This document shows positions 27,401 to 41,524 of a stretch of 64,000 bases of DNA, in pieces. The translations under genes and the position numbers were made by a program. The stretch's first letter is position 1, and every line of letters begins with the position of its first letter. A model generated the notes under the pieces. That model did not search any database, had not been told where the DNA came from, and saw only the letters and a list, made by a program, of their open reading frames with translations. The stretch comes from Lepidodermella squamata (taxonomy: Eukaryota; Animalia; Gastrotricha). The stretch lies in NCBI GenBank assembly GCA_047495785.1, contig JBLDXI010000013.1, forward strand, positions 4,663,704 to 4,727,703, in the 5' to 3' direction.

Positions 27401-30400
27401 ACAAGCCGCGATGCTAGCCGAGGGTGTTTTATTACCCCCTGGCCTGCCCGGTCAGAGTAAGGACGCCAATCTCGGCCACGGCCACGGCAACCTGCGAAAA
27501 CCGTCCAGTTTAGCCGATCAGCGAAAACCAGCCCGTGGCGGCCAGCAACAGGCGCAACAAGCTCAACAAGCCCAACAGGCTGAGCAGCAGATCATTCAAG
27601 CCAGCGCCTTTGCCCCCGAGCCGCGTTTTCTCGATGTCCCATCCGAGGTTGGCGGCGATTCTGGCCTGATGTCCGTTATTCTACCCGAAGATATGCTGAT
27701 CGATATTTTGAGCGAGCGATTTCAGAGCGTTGATTGCTACGAAGGCATGATTATCGATAGTTTGGACACCCTGTTTCTGCCGACTCCTCTCCACGCCAGC
27801 CTATGCATTCTCAAGGCCTTGAATAATCGCAAATATCTGTATTTTGTCACGCTGAAGTTGGACATGTTGACGCTGAAAGAACGCGAGCGAAAGGTCAAAG
27901 AAGAACAAGGTAATAATTTATCAATTATTTAAAAAAAATTATTGAATTTTGAAATTTGAAATTGTATTCAAAAAATATTAATTTCAAAATTTTTCAAAAT
28001 ACCGAATTTTATCAACATTTTTCGATTATTTTATAGAAAAATTGGATAAGGAACGCGAAGAACTGGAGCGAAAATGGCTTGATGAAATGGATGAAGAGGA
28101 GTATGAATTGTTGACTCCAGAAAAACGAGCCGAAGTCGACTATAAGCGGCTGTGTATCAAACGTGAGCGAATGCAACGTGAGCGTGAAGCTGCTGAAATC
28201 GAACGGCAAAAGCGTGAGGCCTTGGAGGCCGAGCAACGGCGACTCGAAGAAGAAAGGTTTGAAAATTTATAAAACAAAATTTTAAAATGCGATTAAAATC
28301 TCATTATAAAATCGACATCTGATAGAGATGACAGCAGGCAAGTGACGCATTTCTCTTTCAGTTGACATGAATTTTTATTTCGGATTTTTGAAATCACCAT
28401 CTCATTTACTGCTTGAAATGTTCAATAATTTGTTTTCTAACCCTGATCCTCCTTTCAATAAACGAAATTTCCGATGATTTTTAGAAATGCCAAGAAGAAG
28501 AAAAAGCCCGGAGAAATTGCGGCTAAGGACCCGAAAGCAGGAGCCGCTGCACCCGGAGCACCCGGCGCCAAGAAACCCGGCGAGCCCCCGGCTAAGGACG
28601 CAAAAGATCCGAAAGATCCGAAAGAAAAGGACAAAGATAACCGCGATAGCAAGGCTGGTAAGCGAGACGAGCCGCCCAAAGCTCCCCCAGGAGTCACCCT
28701 GACGAAACCTGGAGAGCCTCTGAAGGGCCAGCTCTCCGTTCAACCGGGTGCCACGCCGGGTACTGATAAACTCCAGATACCAGGTGCGTCGGAGGAAGAT
28801 GATAAGAAGAAGAAGAAACCAGTCCCTGGTAAGGGTGAAGAGGCCGCTGTGGTAATGGGTGACCAGGCGCCCCCAGTCCCGGAGCCACCGAGCCCAGCCG
28901 AACAGGCGCTGATCGCCCGATTCCGGTGTTTCGACCACTTTCTGCCTGAAATTTGCGACTTACTCGACCAATGGGATAGGTCGACTTTGACAGCCATCCA
29001 TATGGTCCCAACTATGGACGGCGATCACGACCACCCGCCATCAGCCGCTCAACCTGTCCGGCGTAACAAAGGTGGCCGGCAAGACCCGAAGGAAAAAGAT
29101 TCCAAAGAAAAAGAGAAAGAAAAGGACAAAGACAAGGATAAGGATAAGGACAAGCATGACAAGCATCGCGGTACCGGGGCTAATACCACAGCTGATCAAG
29201 CCGCCTCAGTTGCCGATCGCCAACATGCAGAGGTAAGTAACACATTTTTTGACCTGGATATAGACAATTGCTAAAAAAATCGCTATTAATCATAAAAAAA
29301 TTCGAAAAAATACAAAATGTCAGAAATTAGGTCATTTTTTTATGATTGATAGCGATCATCACAAACCAGTTTGCCGTTAATTTTAATATTTCATTTTGTT
29401 TTCATTTACAAGCTTGAAATACCAAAGTTGCCTAAACGGCGTCAAAGTGTGATGTCCGTAGAAAATCCGCTTTCTTATAGAACGGTTTTACCCTCACCCG
29501 TAATAACGGTATAATACCTATATTTGATGATTTTTTAAAAATATTAGTCCGGCGTGCTTACATTATACTATGGATTTTTATTAGTCTATTTACAAAAATT
29601 TCGCACGTATTTGTCTGCTTTTACCTGTACTTTTTACAAGCTTTTTGGATCTCATGTCTTTGGATCTGGATTGAACCTGCAACTTTGTGTGCTTTAAAAA
29701 CTAATTTTTCATTTTTTAATTGATTTTTTTTTTATTTTTTCCCACAGAGCCGTATTGATGACTACAACGAGGCTAGTAAATCGAGTAGCCAGCATACTGA
29801 AATTGGAGTACCTAATGTGGTACTCGATTGCGGCCTCGAGCCTCACCCAACGGTTGAAAAAGTGACAACGGCCGGTAAAATGCCGACCCGCCAGGAAATT
29901 TTGGACGGCCTCGGAATCGGAAATAAAGGCCCTCCCATCCCACCACCTGTTGTCCTGAGCGTGGTGAATTATCCTATCAAACGAAAACCGCCACCAGCTG
30001 AGTTCGATCTGCACTACACCTTTGTCCAAATTCCGGGTATGCCTGGTTCGGATTTGACCCTGGATGCCGAGGGTCGGGGGTCAGATTCGGTTAGCATGGC
30101 GGCTACTGAAGCGCCAACTGCGCCTTCAACTCCGCCGAAATCGCGCCGAGAAACTGCGAAGGATAAGGAAAAGAAGGGCAAAGATGATAAGGAGGAAAAA
30201 GTAAAAACTGGCAAGTCCGATAAAGATTCGACCAAATCAGGCGATACTAAGGACAGCAAGAAAGGTTCGATTTCTTTTTAATTGATTTTTTTTTGTTTAT
30301 GAAATTATTTATCGGGAAGGCTATACAGCTGTTTCGCATTCATCTTCGCTGACGTCGATTGAGACGTCAGCAGATGAAGCAGGTAAAAATAATTGTATAA

Positions 30401-33400
30401 GAAGCAGATGGCATGAAAATTACTCACCCGCATGAAATTTTAGAAAAATCACGGAAAATTCAGAAAAAACTCGGCATTTTCCCCCTTTCATAAAAATTGA
30501 AAAATTCGAGAAAACACAGTACCTGTAACTTGCATGAATTTTTATTAATTATTTGTGAATACATTTAATTTATTTTTCAATTCATTTATTTTAGGAACAA
30601 CTTCAACCGGGGCTGCTGCTGCGGGTAAGAAAGCCCGAGGAAGGGCGACTACCGTCTCGCCCCCACCTGGAGCTGATGGCGCCGATGGTACTATGACTGG
30701 TGATTTGGAGGGCGGTGGAAATCGCGGTATCCCTGTCACAAATTTCAGGTGGATCATTCCGCCAAAAGGCGAAGCTGTGATGCGGTAAGTAAAGCCTAAA
30801 ATGGTCAGAATTAGGAAAAAAAATGAATTAAATCGGAAATTTCAATTTTGAGTTTGTTCTTCGGAATTTGAAAATTTGAAAATCGAAACTTCAAAATTCG
30901 AATTTAAATTATTGACATTTTTTTGATTGCTTTGAAAAATTCGGAAAATTGACAATTCAATTTTTTTAAATTTAAAAATTGATCTAATAATTCTATAAAA
31001 TTTGTATTTTTTCTTCAGAATTCACTTCCATAGCGATGACACTGGCCAATTCGATCAAGTCTACAATTTCGAAATCATGGGCACATCCCGTAAATACCAG
31101 CTATTCTTACGCGGAATCGCCTGTTTCCCAAGCATCTGCAAAGAACCACGCGTTCTATTCCCGAATCGCAAAAAGAACCGCGCCAAGGACGAAATCGTGT
31201 GTAAAAAGTACGTCATACAGGAGGAGCTATTCGACTTTGGCCCGTTGCTGATCGGTAAATCGCGCGATGGCTTCAAAGACGCAAGCCGTTTCCCTGAAAA
31301 CAGTTCAACTTTCGTCATCATGAACAACAAATCAATCGACGCCGAATGTACTTTCTGCTTCTTAAACGACGCTAAGGGCGATATTTTCCTATTAAATCCG
31401 CCTCAAATGACGTTGAAGCCGAACGAGCAGCAAGAGTTGAAGGTATGGGCCTTCCCGAGAACAGTCGGTGAATTTGAGGACACCCTGGTTTGCTGTGTCC
31501 GGGAGAACCCGGAGCCTGTTACGTGGAAGCTGCGCTGCTTTGGCGCTAGGCCTGAGCTAGAATTGGACAAGAAATTGCTGGCGTTCGAGAAAATTCTACT
31601 TTTCCGAAAGGAGACAAAATCAGTCACCCTGCGTAATAAAACCTTGATACCAGTCGCGTGGAGGTTAACCGGCCTCGACGCCCTGGGTGACGATTTTTCA
31701 GTCGCCTCAGACTCCGGAATCATCCAGCCGCGATCTGAATACCAGCTTCATTTGCATTTCAAAGCATCCCGCCCTGTTATTTTACAGAAAAAGTACATCC
31801 GCATCGAAATCTCTGATGCGGAAAACGTACTCGGCGTCATCCAAACCGAGTCGATTCAGGTCCAGGCCGAGTGTTACGACGTAGCCCTGGATTTGATGTT
31901 CCCGAAAGAGCGGGGCGGTCAAGATTACTTGGATTTCGGGACGCTGCGGGTCAATGCGGAAGACAAGCAGCAGTTGACGTTGAAAAATCGCGGAAAATAC
32001 GAATTTCAGGTCCTTTTCGACCTAGTTCAACCCGAGGGCGTTAAAATGCCTGATGTTAAATCGCTGTTCCAAATCATCCCAGCGCATGAAACACTACCGG
32101 CAACGGCTTCGAAGACAATAACCGTTGTTTTCTGCCCGAAACAAGAGGTCAAAATTTTGGATGCGCCGATAATTAAATGCTACATCAAGGAGCCAAGTCA
32201 ACCGGAACAGAGCCAGAAAATCGGTGAAATTACGATCAAAGTCTCAGGCCGGTCGCTTTACTCGAAATACCGCCTAACCCCATCGACTGATATCAATTTT
32301 GGCACGTTGTTGGTCAACGCAAGGAAATCAACGAAATTCACGATTGAAAATACGGGCGAATTCGAGTTTAAATACACGATTTTTTCGGTGTCGCCCAAGG
32401 CGCCGGCTGATGCGAATAAACAGGCGGCGAATGCGGCGCAAAAAGCTGGCCGGGGCCTGGCGTCGCGTGTTTCGTCGCGAAGTATCAAAGATGGAACGGT
32501 GACTGGCAGTGTTCAGGCGATTGATAAGTCGCAGTTGATAACTCAGACGAGATTGGCCGTGGATATGTTCACGATTGCGCCTGGTTTCACGTCGACGCCG
32601 ATTCCGCCGAATTCTTACCAGGAAATCACTGTCGAGTGCCTGGCTGACCGGGAGGGAAAATCTGAAACGGTTTGTGCTGCTTGAATTTTAAAATGGCAAA
32701 TTCATTTTGATTAGTGAAGTCATCATTCATAGTTGTAGCCGGTTTAAATTGAATTAGCTTGACGCTCAACATTGGAAAGAAGCATCAGATCGCTCTTGTG
32801 ATGAATGTGATCTTTGCTGATTTTGAGTCATGGATACCTTGAATGGTTTCCACCTTTTTTCGACAATCTCTGTAAATTTCGCGCAAACTTGAACGCGGTA
32901 AATTTCACTTTACGAGATGCACACGGCAAGCATTTTACTGAAATACTATATTCACTCGGATCATAGGTCATAGGTATATTGAATATTTCCCAACACCATC
33001 AAACATGATAAGCTTGGCGAAAATTCCTGACTCTAAAACCCCACTCTGGTTTCCTCAAAGCGAGAGTTAATAGCCGTACTCATTATTTCATGCAAGGCTT
33101 GCTCCATATTTAACGGCCTCCTTTAATGTTTCCTTTAATGGCCAACTGGGGGTTATCAGGGCTACCGTCGAGTAAGAGACGGGCTGAGGGTTCCTCGAGT
33201 GAGAGCCTTGCAGAGGGTTCATCGATCGAGAGACGGGCAGTGGGTTCCTCGAGTGAGAGCCTTGCAGAGGGTGCATTCCAAGCGGCCCGGATGGAGCTTG
33301 CTGGATTAGCGCTCCACACTGCTACTGCTGCCTGAGAGTATCAAGTAGTTTTTGCATTCGAACTGAGCCCTATCAGCTAAAGAAACTTACTATAAGCAGC

Positions 33401-36400
33401 ATTGCATCCAAGACCTTGTTCATTCTACTAGAAGTGGGTAAACGGGAAATAATATTTTAGATAATGAAGCATGCATAGCATACCTCCTAATTTATAGGCC
33501 GAGCCGATTCAACTTTGCATCTGTATAAACTTTTCAGATATCTCCCGTGAAATTCACGTTTCGTTCATGTGAAATCAACAAGGGGTGAAACGGAAGGCTT
33601 AGCGTCAGTTAGCATACTATTTACATTTTACATTGTCAAATTATCTGACGCAAAACAATTCTCTTGACCTTTTCGAACTCAAAATAATTGCTGTAAAACA
33701 AATTCTTCTTAATTATTTAAGTGCATGTAAATTATATACGAAAATTAGAAATATAATGATCATGCTTATAACATTTTCTCAAAATTTTGAGCGTTTACTT
33801 CCGTTATCATACGGCTCCTTTCAATGTTTACTCAAGATTCTTGTAAAAAATTTCTTCCTGACTAGAAACGTTCTACTTGCGTTGCTTATGCGCGTTTTTC
33901 GCACTGAGAAGCGCGATATATTTCGCCTCTGTTAACCCAGCTCCTTTCAATATTTACTTAAGGGTCTGATAATACATCCGCTGTAAGTCTCTGCCGTTGA
34001 TGACAATATGCTTATGCATGTACAAAATTGATAATTAAATTAATTTTTAATTGTGAACTTTGAACTTAGACAATTTTTTCCATTTCAGACCCTCCTGATC
34101 GAGATAACCGACCGCGACCCTGGCAACAACCCCGGCGGTATCCCGTACCGCCTCGTTGCCGAAGGCTGTGCGCCAACCATCAACAATTCCGACTACCGGG
34201 ACGTTTTCGAAGAGCACACAATCATCAAAAGCATCATGGGCTGGCAGAGCCTACTGCGGCCGCACATGGGCCTCGCCGAGTTCGTCGGCGGCGTGTTCGG
34301 CGAGAGCGAGAAACGCTTCGTATTCCCGCCGGTTCTCGTCTCGAAACGCGCGACAGCTCGGTTCAAGCTATCAAACAACAGCCGAGTGCCGTCAGACATC
34401 GCCATCGCAGTTCGGCCGGTCTCAATGACGCAAACCACGTCGTCGAAGCACAGTCAGGCCGCCGCAGCCGCTGCCGCGAAAATCGTCGATGTTTTCGACG
34501 TCTCCCCCGCCCGGGCTCAGATCCCACCGAAAGGCAGCGTCTACGTCGACGTTTCATTCAGCCCAGCGGCTATTCATCAGTACATGGCTGTGTTCGAGGC
34601 GGGTCTCGAGGGGGCGAATGCCGCTAAATCCGTCCCACTTAAATTCGATATAATGGGCGAAGGTCACCTGCCGCGAGTCTCAGTGATAAAACCGACGATT
34701 TTGAATAAACGAGGCCAACCCGCCTTAATTTTCCGCCGGACGCTGCTAGGGTGTTCAGACGAGGCGACGTTCGAGTTGTCTAACGACGGGACTCTACCAT
34801 CGAAAGTCACGATCGATATAACCGACCCAGTCTCGTGTTTCCGGGTCGAATCCCTCCAACCGACCCCGTTGGAAATTACCGAAATCACCGATGATTCACC
34901 CCCAGTTACAGCCCTGAAGACTAAAGCGATAACTGAGACAGTCTTAGTCGGAAAAACAGCGTTGTATAAGGTGATTTTCTCGCCAACCAGCGCTGTTCGT
35001 TCGATAGGCGGGGTGCGAATTCGTGTTGAAGATAACCCGTACGAAGACACGGTTATCCAGCTGATCGGCGAGTCCTACGACGAGCCGGTTTCACTCGCGA
35101 ATGTTCGCAGCGCCCTAGGCATCACCGACGCGCCGCCGCCCCCGCCGCCGCCACCTGCGCCGGGTGATAAAAACGCCGCGGCGGCGGCTGCGGCAGCGAA
35201 CCAGGCCAACTCGGCGCTGCGTGAAATCGACGAGCGTTCGGAGCCTGTCCGGAACCAGGTCATGAATTTCGGCGACACAAAACTCAACGAACCGTCGACT
35301 CTAACGTTTGATATCGTCAACAAATCTGACCAGTTCATTCGATTCGTCTGCCCGGACCATCCGCATTTGAAATTTTCGCCCCATATCGGGCATATTGCGC
35401 CGAAAAAATCGAAAGAAATCAGCGTGACGCTGTACGTCGAACAGCCGGTCACGCATCGTGAGGTCGTAGTACCGATCAAATTTTCGCGAATTGTCCCCGA
35501 AAATGCGGACTTGTCGCTAGATTGGGATGATAAGAAAAAGCTGGTTCGCTGGGTCGAATCAACCGCGGCCCGGGTCCCGGGTGCGAAGCGTAAGGTCACC
35601 GAAGCGGAACCTGAACCGCCGTACAGCGACGTACCTGAGAGTAATAAAAACCTTGACCTCCGCGTATCGGCTATCGTCCAATACGCGAAAATTAAGTGTG
35701 AGACGAAGCAGATTCATTTCAAGGACACCCTGATGTTCCAAACCCGGGTTGTTGAGGTCAAGGTGTCTAATGCGGGTGACGTGCGGGCGCATTACAACTG
35801 GGTACTTGACCTACCCTCCCGGCCAGCTACCGACCCGGCTGAGATAATGCCAATGTCGCGACCTGTGACCCCGAGTATCATGACCCCGCGACCTTTCAGC
35901 GGAAATCGGTTCTTTTTAGACGTCAACGGAGCTGCGGCGATTGAGACACCCTGGACGGCTCTTGACATGTCGACACCTTCGTATGACCCGTTTGTTGTCG
36001 AACCACCGTTCGGGAGTATTGAACCGAATCAGAGCCAGGTGTTTAAAATCAAATTCGCCCCGCTTGACCTGGGCGATATTTCCGGAAATATCCAACTCCA
36101 TGTGTCAAACGCGAATCCTGAAAACAGAATTTTCCACACTATCGCGGTTAAGGCGAGGAGTTTACTGCCGTGGTGTCACTTCGAGTTACCAGATTCTGAG
36201 TATTTAGTCAAGCGGAACGTTGAGCTACCCGGGCCCCAGGGTCGACCGCCCGGCACCAAGCTGGACCCTAACACCCGGGCGATTGAGTTCAGCGTAGTCG
36301 GGGTCGGACTTACTACAACGAAAATTTTCTCGGTTTTGAACCCGACGAATAAACGGTACCACTTCGAATGGGTCAACGACGATATGGATGACCCGAAACG

Positions 36401-39400
36401 GGTGCCTTGTGTCACCTGCCGCACCCCACATGGCATCATCGGGCCGGGTGAAAAGGTCCATATGCAGTTCGATTTCGTGTCGAATGGCATTGGGCTATTT
36501 GAATCTTTCTGGAACTTCGCGATTCGGGAATTGAACATCATTGTCCCGTTCGTAGTCGTGGGTGAGGTCGCGGATCCTCGGGTGATTTTCGCTCAGACCC
36601 AGGTTAACTTCAAAAACATGTTGGTCGGTTATGAGGCGAATGAAACCGTTGAATTGGTCAATATGGAAACCGCCCCGTTGGCTTTCACCGTCGATCCGAA
36701 TACTGTCTTCACGCAAGGCTTCGCTGCGAAATTGGAGGTCGACCCCATGAGTGGGACGATCCCGGGCAAGGGTGTTGTGCCGATCAGGGTGACGTATCGC
36801 CCGGCATCTGAAATGGCGGTCAACTTCAATGTTTCGGTGAAAATCGAGCATAAAGTTATGCCGGTCACGCTCAATGTTAAAGCTGAAGGCTTCACGATGC
36901 ATGCGCTCGCGGCGGTTATCGATAATGCTGGAAATCGAACCGAACTCACGACGAAAGGCATCACTCAGGTCTGAAATTTTTCCAAAATATTTCTTTAAAT
37001 TTTTTAGAATTTAATTTAATTTTAAATTTTAAATTTTGAATTTCAATTTATTTTCAAAAATTATCCGAAAAGAAATTTTAAATTTTCCTAGAACTTTGAG
37101 ACAATTTTCAAATTTTTGGAGAAATTTTCATTAATTTTTGGAAATGTAATTTTTTTATAACTTTCTAGGTCAATTTTATGGAAGTTCAAATCAACGAGAA
37201 GGCCGTTCGAACCGTTTCGATCGTCAACAACGGAAAATTCAACTTCGCCTACCGCTGGGACACGAATTTCCCGAAAGTTTTCGCCGACGCCCTCACAGTT
37301 GAGCCCGCCGAGGGCATTATTCTAGCCCAGGGCAAGGGCGAGTGTCTCGTCAAATTTTGCCCGCGCCAGAAAATGGCCCTTCAAAAATGCGAAGCGCGCC
37401 TCGTTGTAGTCGACGGGCCGTCATTTGGCGTTCACTTCAGCGGATCAGCCCGCGAGCCCGGGCTCCACTTTTCGTTCATCGAACACGATTTCGGACCGTC
37501 CTTCGTGTTCAAACCCGGCCTTCCGCCTAAAACAGCCACGTTGACAATCACAAATCGCGATCAACGTGAGCATAGCCTCGAATGCCTCTACCAAACGACA
37601 CCGCATTTGGTACATAACATGGAGCAAGTCTACCTGGTAAAACCCGACCAAACGGTAGATATCGTTTTCAACTTCTACCCGCGCGAGGTTAGGAAGTACA
37701 CGGAGAAAATTGTCTTTGAAATGAACGGAATCAGCCAGCAAGTTGTGACCATCCGCGGCTCGGGCAGTGAGTTCAGCCTAGTCTGCGCCAACCCGAAGCA
37801 ACGCCTCGTCAAATTAGGCGCGCTTAAAACCGGCGATTCAGTCAAGCGTGTCGTTCCGATAATCAATCAAACTTCGGTTGATTTGAAGTTTAAACTCAAT
37901 CTAATCCCATCTAACGCGTTGTTGAAGAATTATTTGAGCCTAGACACGAAGAGTAAGAGCCTAGAGTTGGTTTTGAAGCCTCGCGAACAGCATAACGTTG
38001 AGGTTTCATTCTCGCCGCATAGCAGGGTGCCTCAATTTACGGAAGAGGTCGTGGCTGAGTGCATCGGAATCACGCAGCCGATTTTCGCCGTAACCGGGTG
38101 TTGCCAGGCTGTTGAAGTCTCGCTAGACATGGAGTACATTTCATTCGGCGCTGTGGTACTAAGATCCCAAGCTTCGCGGCGTGTCCTAATGCAGAATAAC
38201 GGCGATATCGGGGCGAAATTTGAATGGGAACAGGGAAAATTCTCGCCGAATTTTACCATGTCGCCCATGTCCGGGTATTTGACCCCGGGTATGTCTGTTG
38301 AGTTGGAAGTCACCTACCACCCGACTTCAACCACCTTGGAATGCCGAGTTGATAAGGCGAAGTGTATCGTCGAAGGTATGAAAAAGCCGTTGTCTATGAC
38401 GCTAACTGGTAGTTGCGTTCAAATGCCTGTCCCTCAACGTGAATCTATCCATTTTTCGACGGTTGTTCGACAAAAGGAGACTAAGCCGTTGCTAATCGGA
38501 AACCGGACCAATCAACTATGGACGCTGAGGCCTGTTATCGAGGGTGAGTACTTCAGCGGCCCGGAGCTGGTGGTTGTCGAGCCGCAGCAGAATAAGTCGT
38601 TTGAAGTCAGCTATCAGCCGCTGACCATGACAACCGAGGGCAAGAAGCATACCGGGTCGATATTTTTCGCCACCCCAGACGGCCAGGGTCTGTTGTACAC
38701 CGTTACCGGGTCGGCTGATCCGCCTAAGGTGTCTGGTCGGATCCAGCGGGAGGTTCCGTTCAAAACTCAATATGTCGAAGTGCTGCAGGTTGAGAATTGG
38801 TTGAAGCGGCCGCAGAGGTTTAAGATGAAGATGGAACCGATAAAGCCGGATAAATTGGACCCGGGTACGACAATCAAGGGCTTGGACTACATCGATGTGC
38901 CGGGTCTGGTGAAGAAGGACTACCGTCTCACGTTTTTCGCGTACAAGGAAGCGACTTACCTGGTCAAGGTAAGCGCAATTATTCTGAATTTTACGATTTG
39001 TTAAGGTCTAAAATTGAGCAAAATGAGAAATCCAACATGCATTGGATTGAATTAAACATGTAGAAAATAAAAAATCAAAAGGATTCAAAAAAGGATCAAT
39101 CTAGGATTTAAGTCACACTCGTTATCGGGATTCCAAAATTAGATCAAAGAGATCAAAAATAGCGAACTTGTCTTAATTTTTGAAAAATCGATGAATTTTC
39201 AGCAGATATTAAATGGAACAGAAACAAGAAAATGTGAAAATTTGGGAAAAATTCCAATTATTCCTAAAAATTACGCCAACATTTGGGATTTTCATAAAAA
39301 TTTTCAAATTTCGAACTTTTCAAATAAATTTAATTGAATGTTTAATCCTATGATGTTGCAGCTAAAAAATGTCTAAATTTTCCTCTAGAAATATTTTTTT

Positions 39401-41180
39401 CACAATTTTGATGACCCGGAAGATATTAAAAAATCTCATGATTTTTCAATTTTTTGAAATTCCATTTCAAGTTTTGATTTTCATTCATAAGTGGTAGAGC
39501 TTCAAAATTCAATTTTTCCAATTTTTCAACTGTATTATTTTAATTTTAACTATACTTCAGGTCACTTTCATCAATGAAGAAACCGGCGAGTACCAATTCT
39601 ACGAGCTCCAGTTCAAATCGGTCCGAGGCTCCCCGCTCCAGACCATCCGCCTAACTACCCCAGTTCGCCTCGCAACTTTCCACTCACTCCTCCTCCAAAA
39701 CCCACTCGCTAACGACGTCACTATGTCCGTAACAGCAACAGCCCAGGAACTTCAATTCCCGAGCCAGTTGACGTTGCCAGCCAAAAGCGAGGGAAAACTG
39801 ACGCTGGAGTACAAGCCATTGAAAGTCGGCGAGGTTCGCGGCAAACTAGAATTGTCGCACCCTGAACTTGGCGCCTACGTCTACGACCTGGTTCTCAACG
39901 CAATAACGCCAGCGCCTGAGAAGCAGCTTGTTTTCACGACCAGTCTCGGCCAGTCTCAGGTTCAGCAGGCCGTTTTTCTGAATTTCGCGAAACAAAAAAC
40001 GGAATATTCATGCAAAATCGAACACGCTGATTTCCACGTCGATAAAACGGTATCAGCAGCTGCGAGTACGCAGAACGCTGGTACGGAGGTTAGCATCGAT
40101 GTGACATATGAGCCGAGCCAGCAGGGCGAAGTTCGAACGCAGATGTTGGTTTCATCGACGGTGGGCGGCGATTACGTGTTCCCGATTGTGGCGACCTGCA
40201 CGCCGCCTAAGCCGCAGGGGCCGTTTGTAGTGTCGGCCGGCAGCCAGACGGCGATCATTTTCCGCAATGTTTTCCATCAGTCGGTCACGTTCAGCTTCCA
40301 CGTTGACAATCCGCTGTTCCACGTGGCGAAAGCGACGGAAACTGTTCGAGCCGGCAAAGACTGCAGGTAAACATAATTTTTTTGAGAACTTTTTTATTTT
40401 TCTTTTCCTATCGAGTCGCGCTATTTCGGTAGAGGAAAATTCGGGGATTAAAACAATCAACCCCCCATATTTTTATGATATACGGTTGCGGAGATATTCC
40501 AGTTAAAAGTTGGTCACGTGACCTTACCTGTTGTCACACCTGAGTGATTATCTCAAAAACGGTGATAGCTAGGTAGCCGCTCTCAAAGAAAAAGGTCATC
40601 AGCGGGATGATATCTACTTTGAAACACATCCACATTGGTGACAGGTGATAATAATTTTTGCGAAATCCATTTTGATGGCATGAGATAACTCTAGGCTCGT
40701 CACACTTTTTTATTCACTCTCAAAAAATTTGTTTTTTTTTGTTTTGAAAAACCGTCTGGCTGAATTGAGAGGTTTCAATGCCCAAGAAAGAGCTATTTAA
40801 TTTTCCGTTGGCCAGGGTACCAGAAAACTGTACAACAGTCCCAATTTATAGCTCAACTTATTTCGATAGTGTTGAAACAATTTTCTTTTATTTTTCAGGA
40901 TAATGATTGGTTTCGACGGGGTACAAGATGGGTCGCCATCGACTGGAAAACTGGTCATCGCAACGTCCGCAACGCCCCCACCTGCGGGCCCAACCGGAGG
41001 CGGTTCGCAGTCTGAGCGAGCAGCCGCAGCCGCAGCTGCAGCCGCTGGTATGTTCCATCTTTATTGTTTCGAATTTTCCGACATTTATATTTCAATATTT
41101 TTCCAGCTGCTGCCGCCGCAGCTCAACAGCAAGCGATCGGTGCCAACCAATGGGTCTACTACCTGAGAGGGGTGTCGTAA
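18461..41180 (+). CDS. HYDIN: HYDIN axonemal central-pair protein, complete, 13 exons, about 5334 aa
   Basis: Exons 18461-23575, 23892-24906, 27070-27909, 28037-28256, 28485-29232, 29748-30264, 30595-30784, 31019-32669, 34089-36968, 37169-38968, 39561-40366, 40899-41047, 41107-41180; total 16005 nt, in frame. FQPFPSEI.FQ.Y.P N-terminal motif, many ASH/PapD-like repeats, adenylate-kinase-like segment (GPPKSGRST), charged coiled coil, C-terminal WVYYLRGVS*. Confidence 0.96.
25355..25702 (-). CDS. Nested antisense orphan gene in HYDIN intron 2; 98-aa protein with C-terminal hydrophobic anchor
   Basis: Exon 25702-25673 (MNDGQFSPIQ), 51-nt GT-AG intron (gtaatttg...ttttttcag), exon 25621-25355 ending IYVNFAIIVLYFLIKRLCK*. 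AATAAA on the minus strand near 25305-25315. Confidence 0.65.
26504..26860. mobile_element. MITE-like element with Tc1/mariner-type terminal inverted repeats
   Basis: Left tatagcgtgtcccataactaacgc versus reverse complement of right end tacagagcgtgtcccagaagtagcgc; TA ends; internal inverted repeat ataccgaaaattaccgaa / ttcggtattttcggtat. Confidence 0.5.
33110..33423 (-). CDS. Nested antisense secreted peptide precursor in HYDIN intron 8 (84 aa, four 9-aa-type repeats, C-terminal GGR*)
   Basis: Exon 33423-33391 (MNKVLDAMLLI), 59-nt gtaagt...ctctcag intron, exon 33331-33110 (AAVAVWSANPASSIRAAWNAP-SARLSLEEP-TARLSIDEP-SARLSLEEP-SARLLLDGSPDNPQLAIKGNIKGGR*). TATAAA near 33491-33496. Same structure in the paralog. 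Confidence 0.8.
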
Positions 41181-41524
41181 GGAAACATCCTGAAGGAAAA
41201 CTTACCAACAAAATTGATCTCATTCATTATACTCCAACTGTGATATCATTTTTAATAACAAATCCATTCATTATAAATGATTTTATTGCAACGTATGTAT
41301 TGCTTATAATCTTAGCGATTTTAAAATGATAGGTAACACTGCTTATGATTTTCTCTGAGCAACACGATACTGTGATTTTTGACTGATGGTATACTTATAC
41401 AAAGATCAAACAGGCGTCTGTCATTTGAAATATTCGTAATATATTTAAAATAAAGCAATTGCTTATCTATCCAGTAAAATGACCAGAAATGCGAACACGT
41501 CTAATTTCTGTTTAAAATAATGCC

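Noticed and set aside
18672-38770. Many short ORFs overlapping HYDIN exons
   Set aside because: Alternative-frame or antisense shadows of a long coding sequence, without independent signals.
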